DNA of 64,000 nt, from IMG/VR virus record IMGVR_UViG_3300017752_000002. The stretch is one strand, 5' to 3'. Shown here piece by piece: positions 11,801 through 21,438 of the stretch. The DNA is from a virus. Below the pieces are notes generated by a model. That model saw only the letters and a program-made list of their open reading frames with translations. It was not told the origin of the DNA and ran no database searches. The position numbers and the translations under genes are program-made. Positions within the stretch are counted from its first letter, which is position 1, and each line of letters opens with the position of its first letter.

Positions 11801-14297
11801 TCCAAGTGCTACGACCTTTACTCTAAGTTCAGAGTTCCAGATTCCTAACAGGTTAATAACATTTGATGGTTCTAGTAAAGTAAACAGTGGTACAGATAAA
11901 ATTACACTAGGAACACAATCACCATTCCTTCCGCATAACTTATATCCTGGAGAGCAGGTCACTTATTCTAATGGTGGTAATACTGATATCGGTGTATTTA
12001 CTGATGTATCTCAACTTTATGTTATAGCAAATAACTCTATTGATATTCAGTTAGCATCTTCTTATGCTTCTGCTATCGCAGGAACTGCTCTTAACTTAAC
12101 AGCAACTTCTGGTACTCATACCCTTACATCTAACTCGCTAGTTAAGATGACAAAAGCTGATGGTAATGTAGATTTCGCTAATGGCGGAAATATGGTCACT
12201 GGTACGACTACTACATTCTTAAAAGATTATAAGAGATTCGATAAGATTTACATTATCGTGAATGACTTAATCAGAGCATTTACTGTTGACGCAGTTATGA
12301 CTGATGAGAAAATGAGAATACAAGAAACATTCCCAGGAGCTGGTACTTCTGTTGAATACTTTAAAATTACTCAGTTATCATTACGACCTGATGGATTCGC
12401 ACTACATAAATCGTTTGATGGTGGTGTAGATATTACTGCGGGAACTTCGCCTAATAGTAAAATTGTTAGACAATCTCGTAAGTACTTTAGATATCAGTCT
12501 GGTAAAGGTATTCAAAACTCATTCGCGATTAACTTCTCGCCAGCAAAAGTTTTATCTTCACTAACTTATGCTTCAAGTGGTAATGTTGTTACAGCAATTA
12601 CTCAGGAGCCACATAACTTAGTGGTCGGAGATAGGATTACTGTTGAAGGTGCAGAAGTGACACTAGGAGAAAACTTATATCTTGGTACATTCCAAGTAGC
12701 AAGTGTTCCTAACGCAACAACTTATACTTATGTTGCTGCTGGTACTATTACTCAAACAAAAGCTGCAGGATTCCCAGAATATTACAGAGAATCTTGGAAC
12801 GACTCGTTCGTAAGAGCTGGTATGTTTGATGACCAGAATGGTTTCTTCTATGAGTACGATGGTCAAAAACTATATTGTGTAAGACGATCTTCTACTCTAC
12901 AGATTTCAGGTAAAGTAAACACTACTGCTAACTCTCAGGTTGTGACAGGTACGACTACTTCGTTCACTACTCAGTTGGCTGCAGGCGACAAGTGTTCAAT
13001 TAGGGGACAATCTTATCAGGTTGTTGCTGTTGACTCTGACCAAAGGATGATTATCCAACCTGCATATAAAGGTATATCTTCTACCAATGTTAAAATTACT
13101 AAAACAGTGGATATTAAAGTAGCACAGGAAAACTGGAATGTTGACCCATGTGATGGATTAGGTGATACAGGATTTAACTTGAATGTACATAAAATTCAAA
13201 TGGGATATGCTGACTATTCTTGGTATGGTGCTGGTAAAATTAGATTTGGTTTCAAAGATAGAAATGGTCATGTTCACTATAACCACGAATTTATTCACAA
13301 TAACAGAATTAACGAATCATACTTCCGTTCAGGAAACTTGCCAGGACGATATGAGATTGAGAATGGAAACGCTCCATCCTCTGCTCCTACCTTGTTCCAC
13401 TTTGGTACATCTATAATTATGGATGGTACTTTCGATGACGATAAGGCATACTTGTTCTCGGCTAATAGTAAACCAATGGTATTTAAAGCAGGTTCTACAA
13501 CAACCTTTACTTCTGATGCAGTATCAACTTTCGATCTAGTGACTCTAGATAATAAGAGGGTGTATGTTTATGCAGTACCTTGTTCAGAGTCTGAAGCACA
13601 AACAGTGACAGTGGGTCAGTTAATTAAAGACGCTGAAGGAAGAATACCTGCTGATGCTCTAGCTTATGTCACTCAGGTGATTGTAGATGGGTCTAACTCA
13701 AAAGTATTTACTTCTTATCCTGCTACTTCTAATGCACCAGAAACTGCTACTTATCCAAACATAACATCTGGTGTCACTATGACAATTGGTGAGAATGCTT
13801 ATGGTGGTGGCTCTGTTGATATGACAAGACCACACCCTCTAATCTCTATTAGATTGGCACCTTCAGTTGACTCAGGTTTAACAGGTGCGATTGGTGAGAA
13901 AGAAGTTATCAACAGAATGATATTGTCACTAAACAACGCAGGTGTGACAACTAACAAAGACTTAACAGCATTCTTTATCTTGAATGGTTTACCATCTAAG
14001 CTAGATTATACTAATGTTCAAAACCCTGCTTTATCGCAACTTATCTCACATGATACAGGTGATATCGTTCAACAAGGTACAGTGGTGTTCTCACAAGCTG
14101 TGTCAACTGGTTCATTGAACATTGACTTGACTGCTTTGATTGATATGGGTAATAGTATATTGGGTGGTGACTCAGTATTCCCAGCTGGTCCAGACTTGAT
14201 GACATTAGCAATACAGGCGAAGGATACTTCGACAATTACTGCTTCGTCACCATTTATCGTATCTGGTAAATTATCATGGAAAGAGTCGCAAACATAA
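8802..14297 (+). CDS. Very large virion structural/fibre protein (1831 aa)
   Basis: KLRVSNPENLIDTDFEYGLQ and VRQSRKYFRYQSGKG motifs of large marine T4-like virion proteins; T/S/G-rich. Confidence 0.75.
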   Translation: MAKKLIATGYTINAAQNQITVPGIIQPVRLLLITDINNNTILYNFADPATGLANFAYNYTADTTTFTTTLDLSANGVENSHGLQIFYETDFSRQGFEEAMLDPVNKLRVSNPENLIDTDFEYGLQSSKWETLQTVLNIPTIYSQAGDVPLEQLSSITTTANSKQVKVTTTANSGLSLGDPVLVQGTTLNAADGFFLVSGLTSQLEFFYEMDNAAESTATISGSYTSVIPAKFFEGSNLNIDLTSTAIETDGANPSIMTVTTAQTHGLKAGTRVYLRQTVGPKNLRIADPTANGGNAPDGAPWVDTRATITTTTTVDATTAIGGGGAQEFPVVTWDWEGTYNLYLAASMINTGSDRITWTNHGFTDNASLIFQTQIRGQTNGGLVDGTVYYVNVVDANTIELYSDYGTLGSRMNLTSFDFTRGHPRLTLVYKIEGNNGTQRFTAFYKRNLVTGRAFQNAQATQNTTNTQSFNFSITTSGYTPIKATLTRIAYAGNLNDSDETVAVSIQARNYLGLGSNNYGVTVGGVGSSNGNLYPNADVTRCIYQQGSNFYLTTSYTPTSSVIETDKAGSVTTDYQLTFYATTDELPTSMNTAHSGADLASGNNNFGLGGSQGSKLFAFTGRSSGGSSGTSADNYANSNDPARFGTGILRQTGAATASSVSGIITVNQSDANAEDYSSNSTHVYYGFANELTSYRNTIYAQAHNFIDGNSAVINVNSYSTTNRFEFVDSSGNNVPIAQAQFNATITVISADYFRLQIAQSPNTDDISAFPESFTVATATPNTTYNSIYISNHKLTGGNLSSYSTTGTVIGGLTGGANYTLQYLNDSRLIIKDPNLSSGSGSATTGAFGSTSNNASQSFTVDIQTPLGITPSTATITQVQYRGDFRNTNEYVDLAFSDGDTYRIGSEGGQDTNQFLIDSAFGSKNISNLLTGSPKSINVTVSPSSQVNFSVQGMSNWWEIRFAVTAASGDVILSSAGTGEQLFELAANEGAYDGVYGIASVPSATTFTLSSEFQIPNRLITFDGSSKVNSGTDKITLGTQSPFLPHNLYPGEQVTYSNGGNTDIGVFTDVSQLYVIANNSIDIQLASSYASAIAGTALNLTATSGTHTLTSNSLVKMTKADGNVDFANGGNMVTGTTTTFLKDYKRFDKIYIIVNDLIRAFTVDAVMTDEKMRIQETFPGAGTSVEYFKITQLSLRPDGFALHKSFDGGVDITAGTSPNSKIVRQSRKYFRYQSGKGIQNSFAINFSPAKVLSSLTYASSGNVVTAITQEPHNLVVGDRITVEGAEVTLGENLYLGTFQVASVPNATTYTYVAAGTITQTKAAGFPEYYRESWNDSFVRAGMFDDQNGFFYEYDGQKLYCVRRSSTLQISGKVNTTANSQVVTGTTTSFTTQLAAGDKCSIRGQSYQVVAVDSDQRMIIQPAYKGISSTNVKITKTVDIKVAQENWNVDPCDGLGDTGFNLNVHKIQMGYADYSWYGAGKIRFGFKDRNGHVHYNHEFIHNNRINESYFRSGNLPGRYEIENGNAPSSAPTLFHFGTSIIMDGTFDDDKAYLFSANSKPMVFKAGSTTTFTSDAVSTFDLVTLDNKRVYVYAVPCSESEAQTVTVGQLIKDAEGRIPADALAYVTQVIVDGSNSKVFTSYPATSNAPETATYPNITSGVTMTIGENAYGGGSVDMTRPHPLISIRLAPSVDSGLTGAIGEKEVINRMILSLNNAGVTTNKDLTAFFILNGLPSKLDYTNVQNPALSQLISHDTGDIVQQGTVVFSQAVSTGSLNIDLTALIDMGNSILGGDSVFPAGPDLMTLAIQAKDTSTITASSPFIVSGKLSWKESQT

Positions 14298-14309
14298 GAG
14301 GACTCTAAT

Positions 14310-14921
14310 ATGGCATATCTCGGCAGAGAAATACAGTTTGGCAGTTATGAGAAGCAAACCTTTGCTACCAATGGGGCAGATACAAGTTTCACATTAAACT
14401 TCCCAGCACCTAGAGAAGAAGCACTTCTAGTAGTAAAAGATGGTGTGGTTCTAAAACCTGGAACTGGATATACTTTATCTAATGGTGGTGTTACAATTAA
14501 TATTACAGGTGGAGCATTAGCATCTTCTGTAGATTTATATTGTGTATTCTTAGGAAAAGAACTTACCATACAAAATGTTGGTGACAATTCAGTCACCCAT
14601 TCTAAACTTACTACACCTATACGACAGTCAGTAAAAACAGATTTTACTGTAATCAATAGTACTCAAACCCTTGTAGCTTCTAGGCATTATTTTGTTGACA
14701 CTACAGCAGGTGTTGTGACTGTCACCTTTCCTGCATCTCCATCTCTTGGAGATACTGTATATGTTTCTGATGCTTATGGGACTTGGGATACAAATAATTG
14801 TACTGTAAATCCTAATAACAATTCTATTAATGGCTCATCAGGAAACGCAACGCTCTCATCAGAGTACGATTCAAAAGAATACATTTTTATTGGCGGAACA
14901 GCTGGTTGGCGAACTGTTTAA
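14310..14921 (+). CDS. Tail fibre/baseplate-associated protein
   Basis: MAYLG start, NGADTSFTL motif, C-terminal YFVDTTAGVVTVTFPASPSLGDTV domain common in phage fibres. Confidence 0.7.
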   Translation: MAYLGREIQFGSYEKQTFATNGADTSFTLNFPAPREEALLVVKDGVVLKPGTGYTLSNGGVTINITGGALASSVDLYCVFLGKELTIQNVGDNSVTHSKLTTPIRQSVKTDFTVINSTQTLVASRHYFVDTTAGVVTVTFPASPSLGDTVYVSDAYGTWDTNNCTVNPNNNSINGSSGNATLSSEYDSKEYIFIGGTAGWRTV

Positions 14922-14925
14922 TTAA

Positions 14926-14932
14926 CTAAATA
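14926..14932 (+). promoter_or_regulatory. Late promoter CTAAATA
   Basis: Intergenic, upstream of RBS of 14951 ORF. Confidence 0.65.
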
Positions 14933-14950
14933 GTCACTAAGGAGAACTTA

Positions 14951-15286
14951 ATGGCTGCAATTACAGATATATTCATTGACCAAGGAACTGACTTTACATT
15001 ACAACTAAGTGTTGTAGATACAGTTGGTACTGCTAAGAATTTAACTGGGGCAACTATTACAGCTCAAGCTAGGAAAGATTTCACTAGTGCAAATCCTACT
15101 GCTACATTTACTACTGCTGTGACTAACGCAATCGGTGGTGTATGTACTATAACTTTGCCAGCTGCAACTACTGCTGGCATAAAAGCAGGAAGATATGTTT
15201 ACGATGTGAATGTATTAGATTCAACTAACACTACAACTAGAGCAGTCGAAGGATTAATGACTGTAAGACCAGAGGTGACAAGATAA
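14951..15286 (+). CDS. Virion structural protein (BppU-like beta domain)
   Basis: IDQGTDF...NLTGATITAQARK...GRYVYDV pattern. Confidence 0.65.
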   Translation: MAAITDIFIDQGTDFTLQLSVVDTVGTAKNLTGATITAQARKDFTSANPTATFTTAVTNAIGGVCTITLPAATTAGIKAGRYVYDVNVLDSTNTTTRAVEGLMTVRPEVTR

Positions 15287-15585
15287 TGCCTGATGTAAAA
15301 AGTACGATAGCAACGCAAGAAGGAACTAATCCTACAGTTCCAAGTACAGGTACACAGACTACAACTACTATTACTACTGGTACAAGTCAATCGGCTACTG
15401 TATCATCTGTAGGTGTTGCTGGAACAAGTGGTACTGCTGTAAATTTAGAGCAGGGTCAAAATGTAGATGCTACAACTGATGGTTTACAAAATGGATCTAT
15501 CTTAGTATATAAAACAGCGACCTCCCAATGGCAGGTCACAAAATTAATGAACGAGGGTCAACAGCTCGATTCAGGAGAATTTTAA
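15286..15585 (+). CDS. Small Thr-rich structural protein
   Basis: 99 aa ORF overlapping previous stop; LQNGSILVYKTATSQW fibre motif. Confidence 0.6.
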   Translation: MPDVKSTIATQEGTNPTVPSTGTQTTTTITTGTSQSATVSSVGVAGTSGTAVNLEQGQNVDATTDGLQNGSILVYKTATSQWQVTKLMNEGQQLDSGEF

Positions 15586-15597
15586 TAGGAGACAAAG

Positions 15598-17433
15598 ATG
15601 GCAGCAATTGTTAGAATAAAAAGATCGGCGACTTCGGGTAATCCCACCACACTTGGTGCAGGAGAACTCGCATATTCAGGTCTTACCGATAATGGATCCA
15701 ATGGTGGTGATAGACTATATGTTGGATTCGGTACAGAAACTGCAGGTAATGCAGCAAACCACTTCGTAATAGGTGGTAAATATTTTACAGATGAAGTAGA
15801 TGCAGCAACGACTGCTAATACAGCAAGTACGATTGTAAAACGAAATGGAAGTGGAAACTTCTCAGCAGGAACTATTACTGCTACACTAAGTGGTAATGCT
15901 ACATCAGCAACTTCTGCTGCAGCTTGGACTACTGGAAGAACTATAACTATCGATGGCGATGTAGATGGTTCTGCTTCAGGTGTTGATGGTTCAGGTGATG
16001 TTACAATTACTACTGCCTTAGATGCTACAGGAGTCTCCGCAGGATCTTATGGTAGTACAACTGCTATCCCAATTATTACTGTTGATGCTAAGGGTCGTAT
16101 TACTGCTGCAAGTACTGGCTCAATATCAACTTCATTTACACTAACTGATGGATCTAATTCAGAAACTATCGCAGGTGGCAACACATTAACTGTCACAGCT
16201 GGTGAAGGTATTGATGCAGTAGTTGGTTCAACTGATACTCTAACTATTTCAGCAGAAGATGCTACCTCTTCTAATAAAGGTATTGCTTCTTTCGGTGGAG
16301 ACTTTAGTGTATCAAGTGGTGCTGTATCACTAGCTAATAACTCAGTCACAATCGGATCTGACGCAGTAGCACTAGGTGGTTCAAGAACAGATATAAATGG
16401 ATTAACAAGTTTAGATGTAGATAATATGACATTAGATGCTAATGCTATTTCTACAACAGATACAAATGGAAATTTAGAACTATCGCCAAATGGTACTGGT
16501 ACTGTTGTTGTTCCAGCTTCATACGAAGCTAGAGCAGGTTTCTCAAGTCAATCGCTAGTAAATAAATCATATGTTGATTCGGTCACTTCAGGTTTATCAG
16601 TTAAGTCGCCTGTTAAAGTGGCTACTACTGGCAACCTTGCTGCAACTTATAATAATGGAGCAGGTACATTAACAGCAAACTCTAACTTCGCATTATCAGT
16701 TGATGGTGTCACAGTTTCAGTAAACGATAGAGTATTAGTTAAAGACCAAAGTACTGCTGCTCAAAATGGTTTTTATAAAGTCACAGCTACTGGTTCAGGA
16801 TCTGCTGCTTTCGTTTTAACCAGAACTCCTGACGCAGATGCTGCTTCAGAATTAGTTGCTGGTGCATTCGCTTTCGTTGAAGAAGGAACTGCTAACGCAG
16901 ATAATGGTTATGTACTATCAACTGATGGAGCTGTCACACTAGGTACGACTGCTATTAACTTTGAGCAGTTTTCAGGTGCTGGGCAAATTAGTGCTGGTGA
17001 TGGTTTAGCAAAAACAGGAAACTCATTATCTTTAAATGTAGATAATAGTTCAATAGAAATAAATGCTGATACTGCTAGAGTGAAAGCATTAGGTGTTACC
17101 AATGCTATGTTAGCAGGAAGTATTACCAATGCAAAATTATCAAACTCAAGTGTCACAATTAATAGTAATTCGCTCGCATTAGGTGCTTCTTTAACACTAG
17201 ATTCAGACGACATAGGCGAAGGATCTACAAACGAATACTTTACTAATACCAGAGCAAGAGGTGCACTAAGTGTGACATCTTCAACTGGTTTAACATATAA
17301 TAATAGTACAGGTGTTCTAGCAGGTCTTGACGCAACAGCATCGGTGAAAGGTATAGCATCTTTCGCTTCAGCAAACTTTACAGTCACAAGTGGAGCAGTA
17401 GCAATAACTGGTGTTGATGGCGGAACATACTAA
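15598..17433 (+). CDS. Tail fibre protein
   Basis: IKRS...GELAY N-terminus; VKVATTGN...DRVLVKDQSTAAQNGFY motif typical of phage fibres. Confidence 0.8.
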   Translation: MAAIVRIKRSATSGNPTTLGAGELAYSGLTDNGSNGGDRLYVGFGTETAGNAANHFVIGGKYFTDEVDAATTANTASTIVKRNGSGNFSAGTITATLSGNATSATSAAAWTTGRTITIDGDVDGSASGVDGSGDVTITTALDATGVSAGSYGSTTAIPIITVDAKGRITAASTGSISTSFTLTDGSNSETIAGGNTLTVTAGEGIDAVVGSTDTLTISAEDATSSNKGIASFGGDFSVSSGAVSLANNSVTIGSDAVALGGSRTDINGLTSLDVDNMTLDANAISTTDTNGNLELSPNGTGTVVVPASYEARAGFSSQSLVNKSYVDSVTSGLSVKSPVKVATTGNLAATYNNGAGTLTANSNFALSVDGVTVSVNDRVLVKDQSTAAQNGFYKVTATGSGSAAFVLTRTPDADAASELVAGAFAFVEEGTANADNGYVLSTDGAVTLGTTAINFEQFSGAGQISAGDGLAKTGNSLSLNVDNSSIEINADTARVKALGVTNAMLAGSITNAKLSNSSVTINSNSLALGASLTLDSDDIGEGSTNEYFTNTRARGALSVTSSTGLTYNNSTGVLAGLDATASVKGIASFASANFTVTSGAVAITGVDGGTY

Positions 17434-17483
17434 AAGTTATAAGAAATAGTTTTTTTATAACTAATTTAATTTAGGAATGGTTT

Positions 17484-19517
17484 ATGTCCACTGTAATAAA
17501 AGTAAAAAGATCTGAAGTCGCATCAAGTGTTCCAAGCACTTCTGATTTAGCTGTCGGCGAAATTGCAGTAAATACCCAAGATAAAAAGATTTATGTTCGT
17601 GCTTCAGGTGGTGTAGTAGAAGTTGCGAATGTTGTAGCAGGTGGTGCTTCAGGAGATATTACCGAAGTTCTTACTGCAACTGGTTCAGGTTTAACAGGTG
17701 GCTCTACTTCTGGTTCAGCAAATCTAGCAATTAATGTAGACGATTCTTCTCTACAAATATCAGGAAATACAGTACAAGTAAAAGCAAGTGGTGTCACGAA
17801 TGCCATGCTTGCTAATTCAGGTGTGACTATAAACTCACAGTCATTATCATTAGGTGGTACACTAACATTAGACTCAGATAATATTGGTGAAGGATCTACT
17901 AATCTTTACTACTCTAATGAACGAGTTGATGATAGAATATCAGCTCTAGTTCAAAATGGTACAGGTCTTTCTTGGACTTACGATGACAACGCAAACTCAT
18001 TTACACCTGCTGTCACACTTTCGCCTTTTGATACTGATAATTTATCAGAAGGATCTACCAACAAATACTTTAGCAATACATTAGCAAATAGTGCAATAGA
18101 TGCACGAGTCACAAAAACTTTTGTTGATAATTTAAATGTAGTTGCTGCAAGTGCTACAGGTAATGCTGCCACTGCTACAGCTTTGGCTAGTGCTCAAAAT
18201 TTTAGTTTGACTGGAGATGTCACTGCTTCAGCAGTTTCATTTGATGGTCAGGGTGCAGTTCAACTTACTACCGATATTGCTGCCAACTCTATTACTCCTA
18301 CTGAATTAAATGTCACAGATGCTGCAGGTGCATTACAATCTGATGGAGCAGGAAACTTATCATTCGCTCCAGCTACTGCATCATTTTCTGCGATAGGAGA
18401 ACATGTATTACCATCAGTTGATGATACTTACGATCTAGGATCCTCTACTAAAAAATGGAGAAACTTATATGTTGGTGGCGATACTATATTCCTAGACGAC
18501 GCTAAAATTATGAAACAGGGTTCATCATTAATGATGAATCCAGGAGTATCTAACTCTATATCGTCAGTCACAGTAAATAACGATGGTGCTGGTTATTTAG
18601 AACAACCAAACTTGTCATTCCCATTACCAAACACTTCAGGTGTAGATGTTGTCACTATGACTAATGCTGGTGGTGGATATACTGGTCCACCAGCAGTCAC
18701 GATAGATGCACCAAGTACGACTCCTGGAGTTCAAGCAACAGGAACAGCTGTAATGGTTGATGATGGCACTGGAAATAATACATTCGCTGTAAGTGGTGTT
18801 ACAATTAATAATGGTGGGTCAGGTTATCCGACTGCACCAAATATCACGATTGCTGCAACACCGAATGCTGGAGGAGGTGCTGTTCAGGCAACTGCTAATA
18901 CTACAGTTTCGCCAGCAACTAATGGTGGAAGTATAGCAGGAGCGTATGCTACTATTGATGTAAATACTGGAAAAGTATTAACTGTGGTAATAACCGATGC
19001 TGGTGGGGGATATACAACTGTTCCTACTATAACTGTAGATAGTCCAAATAAAGATATTACATTTAATACAACTGTATATAATGATTATAGTACAGGAAAT
19101 AATTACTACACATTATCAGGTGGCATAAACCAACAATTGGATATTATACAAGGTCAAACTTATACCTTTGACTTATCATCAGCTACACACTCTGGGCACT
19201 TATTTGCTTTGAGTTCAACTCAAGATGGTATTCATGGTGGTGGTACAAAATTAACATCAGGTGTGACTTATACTGGTACACAAGGCACGACAGGTGCTAA
19301 AATGGTACTGGTGGTAGATGCTAACACACCGACTACACTATACCCTTATTGTGAAACACACTCTGGTATGGGTGGTACAGCATCATTAACAAAGATTTCT
19401 AGTGGTACGACTGCTGTTTTAACTCCTGTTCTAAGTAGTTATAACTCAGCATTAGACAAGAAATTTGCTATGGAACCATTTTCAATAGCAATGTCTATCG
19501 CACTAGGGGGATCATAA
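17484..19517 (+). CDS. Tail fibre protein with C-terminal cupredoxin-like motif and SIALG tag
   Basis: VIKVKRS...GEIAVN N-terminus, GxGY repeats, GQTYTFD...H...YCETHSGM. Confidence 0.75.
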   Translation: MSTVIKVKRSEVASSVPSTSDLAVGEIAVNTQDKKIYVRASGGVVEVANVVAGGASGDITEVLTATGSGLTGGSTSGSANLAINVDDSSLQISGNTVQVKASGVTNAMLANSGVTINSQSLSLGGTLTLDSDNIGEGSTNLYYSNERVDDRISALVQNGTGLSWTYDDNANSFTPAVTLSPFDTDNLSEGSTNKYFSNTLANSAIDARVTKTFVDNLNVVAASATGNAATATALASAQNFSLTGDVTASAVSFDGQGAVQLTTDIAANSITPTELNVTDAAGALQSDGAGNLSFAPATASFSAIGEHVLPSVDDTYDLGSSTKKWRNLYVGGDTIFLDDAKIMKQGSSLMMNPGVSNSISSVTVNNDGAGYLEQPNLSFPLPNTSGVDVVTMTNAGGGYTGPPAVTIDAPSTTPGVQATGTAVMVDDGTGNNTFAVSGVTINNGGSGYPTAPNITIAATPNAGGGAVQATANTTVSPATNGGSIAGAYATIDVNTGKVLTVVITDAGGGYTTVPTITVDSPNKDITFNTTVYNDYSTGNNYYTLSGGINQQLDIIQGQTYTFDLSSATHSGHLFALSSTQDGIHGGGTKLTSGVTYTGTQGTTGAKMVLVVDANTPTTLYPYCETHSGMGGTASLTKISSGTTAVLTPVLSSYNSALDKKFAMEPFSIAMSIALGGS

Positions 19518-19521
19518 GGAA

Positions 19522-19528
19522 CTAAATA
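19522..19528 (+). promoter_or_regulatory. Late promoter CTAAATA (gp13)
   Basis: Intergenic, 5 nt before the gp13 ATG. Confidence 0.65.
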
Positions 19529-19533
19529 GTACT

Positions 19534-20505
19534 ATGGCAAATCCAGCAACAAGAGACCAATTAAAAGATTACGCATTGCGAAGTCTAGGATCGCCAGTGA
19601 TTGAAATAAATGTAGCTGACGAACAGTTAGAAGATCGCTTAGACGAAGCGATAGAATATTTTAATATTAATCATTGGAATGGTACTGAACGAGCATATTT
19701 CCAACATGTAATAGTTGGCACCAAACTAACACTTACTGCTGCTGTCGCAGGAAATTTTACTGGAGGGGAAACTATTACTGGTGGAACCACAGGTGCTAAA
19801 GCAGTTGTACATAAAAGTTCAACTGGTTCTGATATATTCTATCAAGTATTAATTAATCCTGGACCAGACCAAGTAAAATTTCAGGGTGGCGAAACTATTA
19901 CTGGTGACCAATCTGGTGCTACAGCAATTATATCAACTATTACTAGAGGAGACTGCGAAAATGGATTTATTCCAGTCACTGATGAGATATTTGGTGTAAA
20001 TAAAGTTTTTACAGTTTTTTCTAATACTACAGATTCTAGAAATATATTCGACTTACAATATCAATTAAGATTAAATGATTTATACGACTTGACCTCTACA
20101 AGTATTGTTTACTACACTACTGTTATGGGTCATTTAAGTTTACTTGATTTAATGTTAAATGGTAAAACTTTGTATCGTTTTAACAGAATGCAAAATAAAC
20201 TATTTCTAGATGTTGACTTCCGAAGCGATGTAAAAATCGGAGACTCTGTGATGGTCGATGTTTATAAAGCATTAAGTGGTACAGAATATCCAAAAGTATT
20301 TGGCGAACCATGGTTGAAAAAATATACTGCTGCTCTGTTTAAGAAACAGTGGGGACTTAATCTTAAAAAGTTTTCGGGACTAGTTTTACCTGGAGGTGTT
20401 TCAATGGATGGCGATGGTATATATAACGAAGCCATGAACGAACTACAACAACTAGAAGACGAACTCGTAGGAAAAGGTGCACCACTAGAGTTCTTTACAG
20501 GGTAA
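19534..20505 (+). CDS. gp13: Neck protein gp13
   Basis: LKDYALRSLGSPVIEINV and WGLNLKKF...LPGGVSMDG motifs; synteny with gp14/gp15. Confidence 0.92.
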   Translation: MANPATRDQLKDYALRSLGSPVIEINVADEQLEDRLDEAIEYFNINHWNGTERAYFQHVIVGTKLTLTAAVAGNFTGGETITGGTTGAKAVVHKSSTGSDIFYQVLINPGPDQVKFQGGETITGDQSGATAIISTITRGDCENGFIPVTDEIFGVNKVFTVFSNTTDSRNIFDLQYQLRLNDLYDLTSTSIVYYTTVMGHLSLLDLMLNGKTLYRFNRMQNKLFLDVDFRSDVKIGDSVMVDVYKALSGTEYPKVFGEPWLKKYTAALFKKQWGLNLKKFSGLVLPGGVSMDGDGIYNEAMNELQQLEDELVGKGAPLEFFTG

Positions 20506-20508
20506 TAA

Positions 20509-21438
20509 ATGGCTGGAAGAAATACTTACATATCTCAAGGAGTAGCGTCTGAACAGAATTTAATAGAGTCTTTAATTATTGAGTCTTTAAAAATTTATGG
20601 TCAGAATGTTTTCTATATCCCTAGAACTCAAGTAGCTAAAGATGAAATCTTAGGCGAAGATCCATTATCTAAATTTGAGCAAGCATTTCCTATCGAAATG
20701 TATTTCGAGAATGTAGATAACTTAGGTGGGCAAGGTCCATTTATACAAAAGTTTGGATTGTTTAATGAGATGTCTGCTACTCTAGTTGTAGCAAGATCTA
20801 GGTGGCAAGAATTAGTTGGGCAACATGGTAATACCTTTGTGCCTAATAGACCGAACGAAGGAGACTTAATTTATTTTCCATTAACTAAAGGATTATTTGA
20901 AATTAAATTCGTACAACACCAAGACCCTTTTTATCAACTAGGAAAATTATATACATTTAAAATGGAAGTCGAGTTATTTCAATATGCTTCTGAGAAAATT
21001 GATACAGGTATTGCCGATATTGATAAGTTTGAAGAACTTAAAACTTTCTCACAAGATCCTACAAGGTCAGAGAATATGTTTGTTGATACAATAACATTTA
21101 CTAATGTCGGTGCAGGTTATACTACTCCGCCAACTCTAACTTTCTCAGGTGGTACTCCTAGTGTCATTGCTACTGCTACTTGTACTGTTGATGGAACTAC
21201 AGGTAAAGTAAATGGTGTCACTCTTACTAATGTGGGGGATGGTTATAATGCTGTTCCTACAATCGATGTTTCTGCTCCACCAGCAGGTGGTACTCAAGCT
21301 GTCGCAGTTGCTACTATTAAATTAAATGTAGATAAACAAGGTGGCTTCGCTGATAACTTAGAACTAGAAACTGAAAGACAACCTGACACTAACGAAAAAG
21401 TTGCGTGGTCAGAAAATAATCCGTTTGGAGAATTTTAA
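20509..21438 (+). CDS. gp14: Neck protein gp14
   Basis: LIIESLKIYGQNVFYIPR, PNEGDLIYFP, FYQLGK motifs; NPFG C-terminus. Confidence 0.92.
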   Translation: MAGRNTYISQGVASEQNLIESLIIESLKIYGQNVFYIPRTQVAKDEILGEDPLSKFEQAFPIEMYFENVDNLGGQGPFIQKFGLFNEMSATLVVARSRWQELVGQHGNTFVPNRPNEGDLIYFPLTKGLFEIKFVQHQDPFYQLGKLYTFKMEVELFQYASEKIDTGIADIDKFEELKTFSQDPTRSENMFVDTITFTNVGAGYTTPPTLTFSGGTPSVIATATCTVDGTTGKVNGVTLTNVGDGYNAVPTIDVSAPPAGGTQAVAVATIKLNVDKQGGFADNLELETERQPDTNEKVAWSENNPFGEF

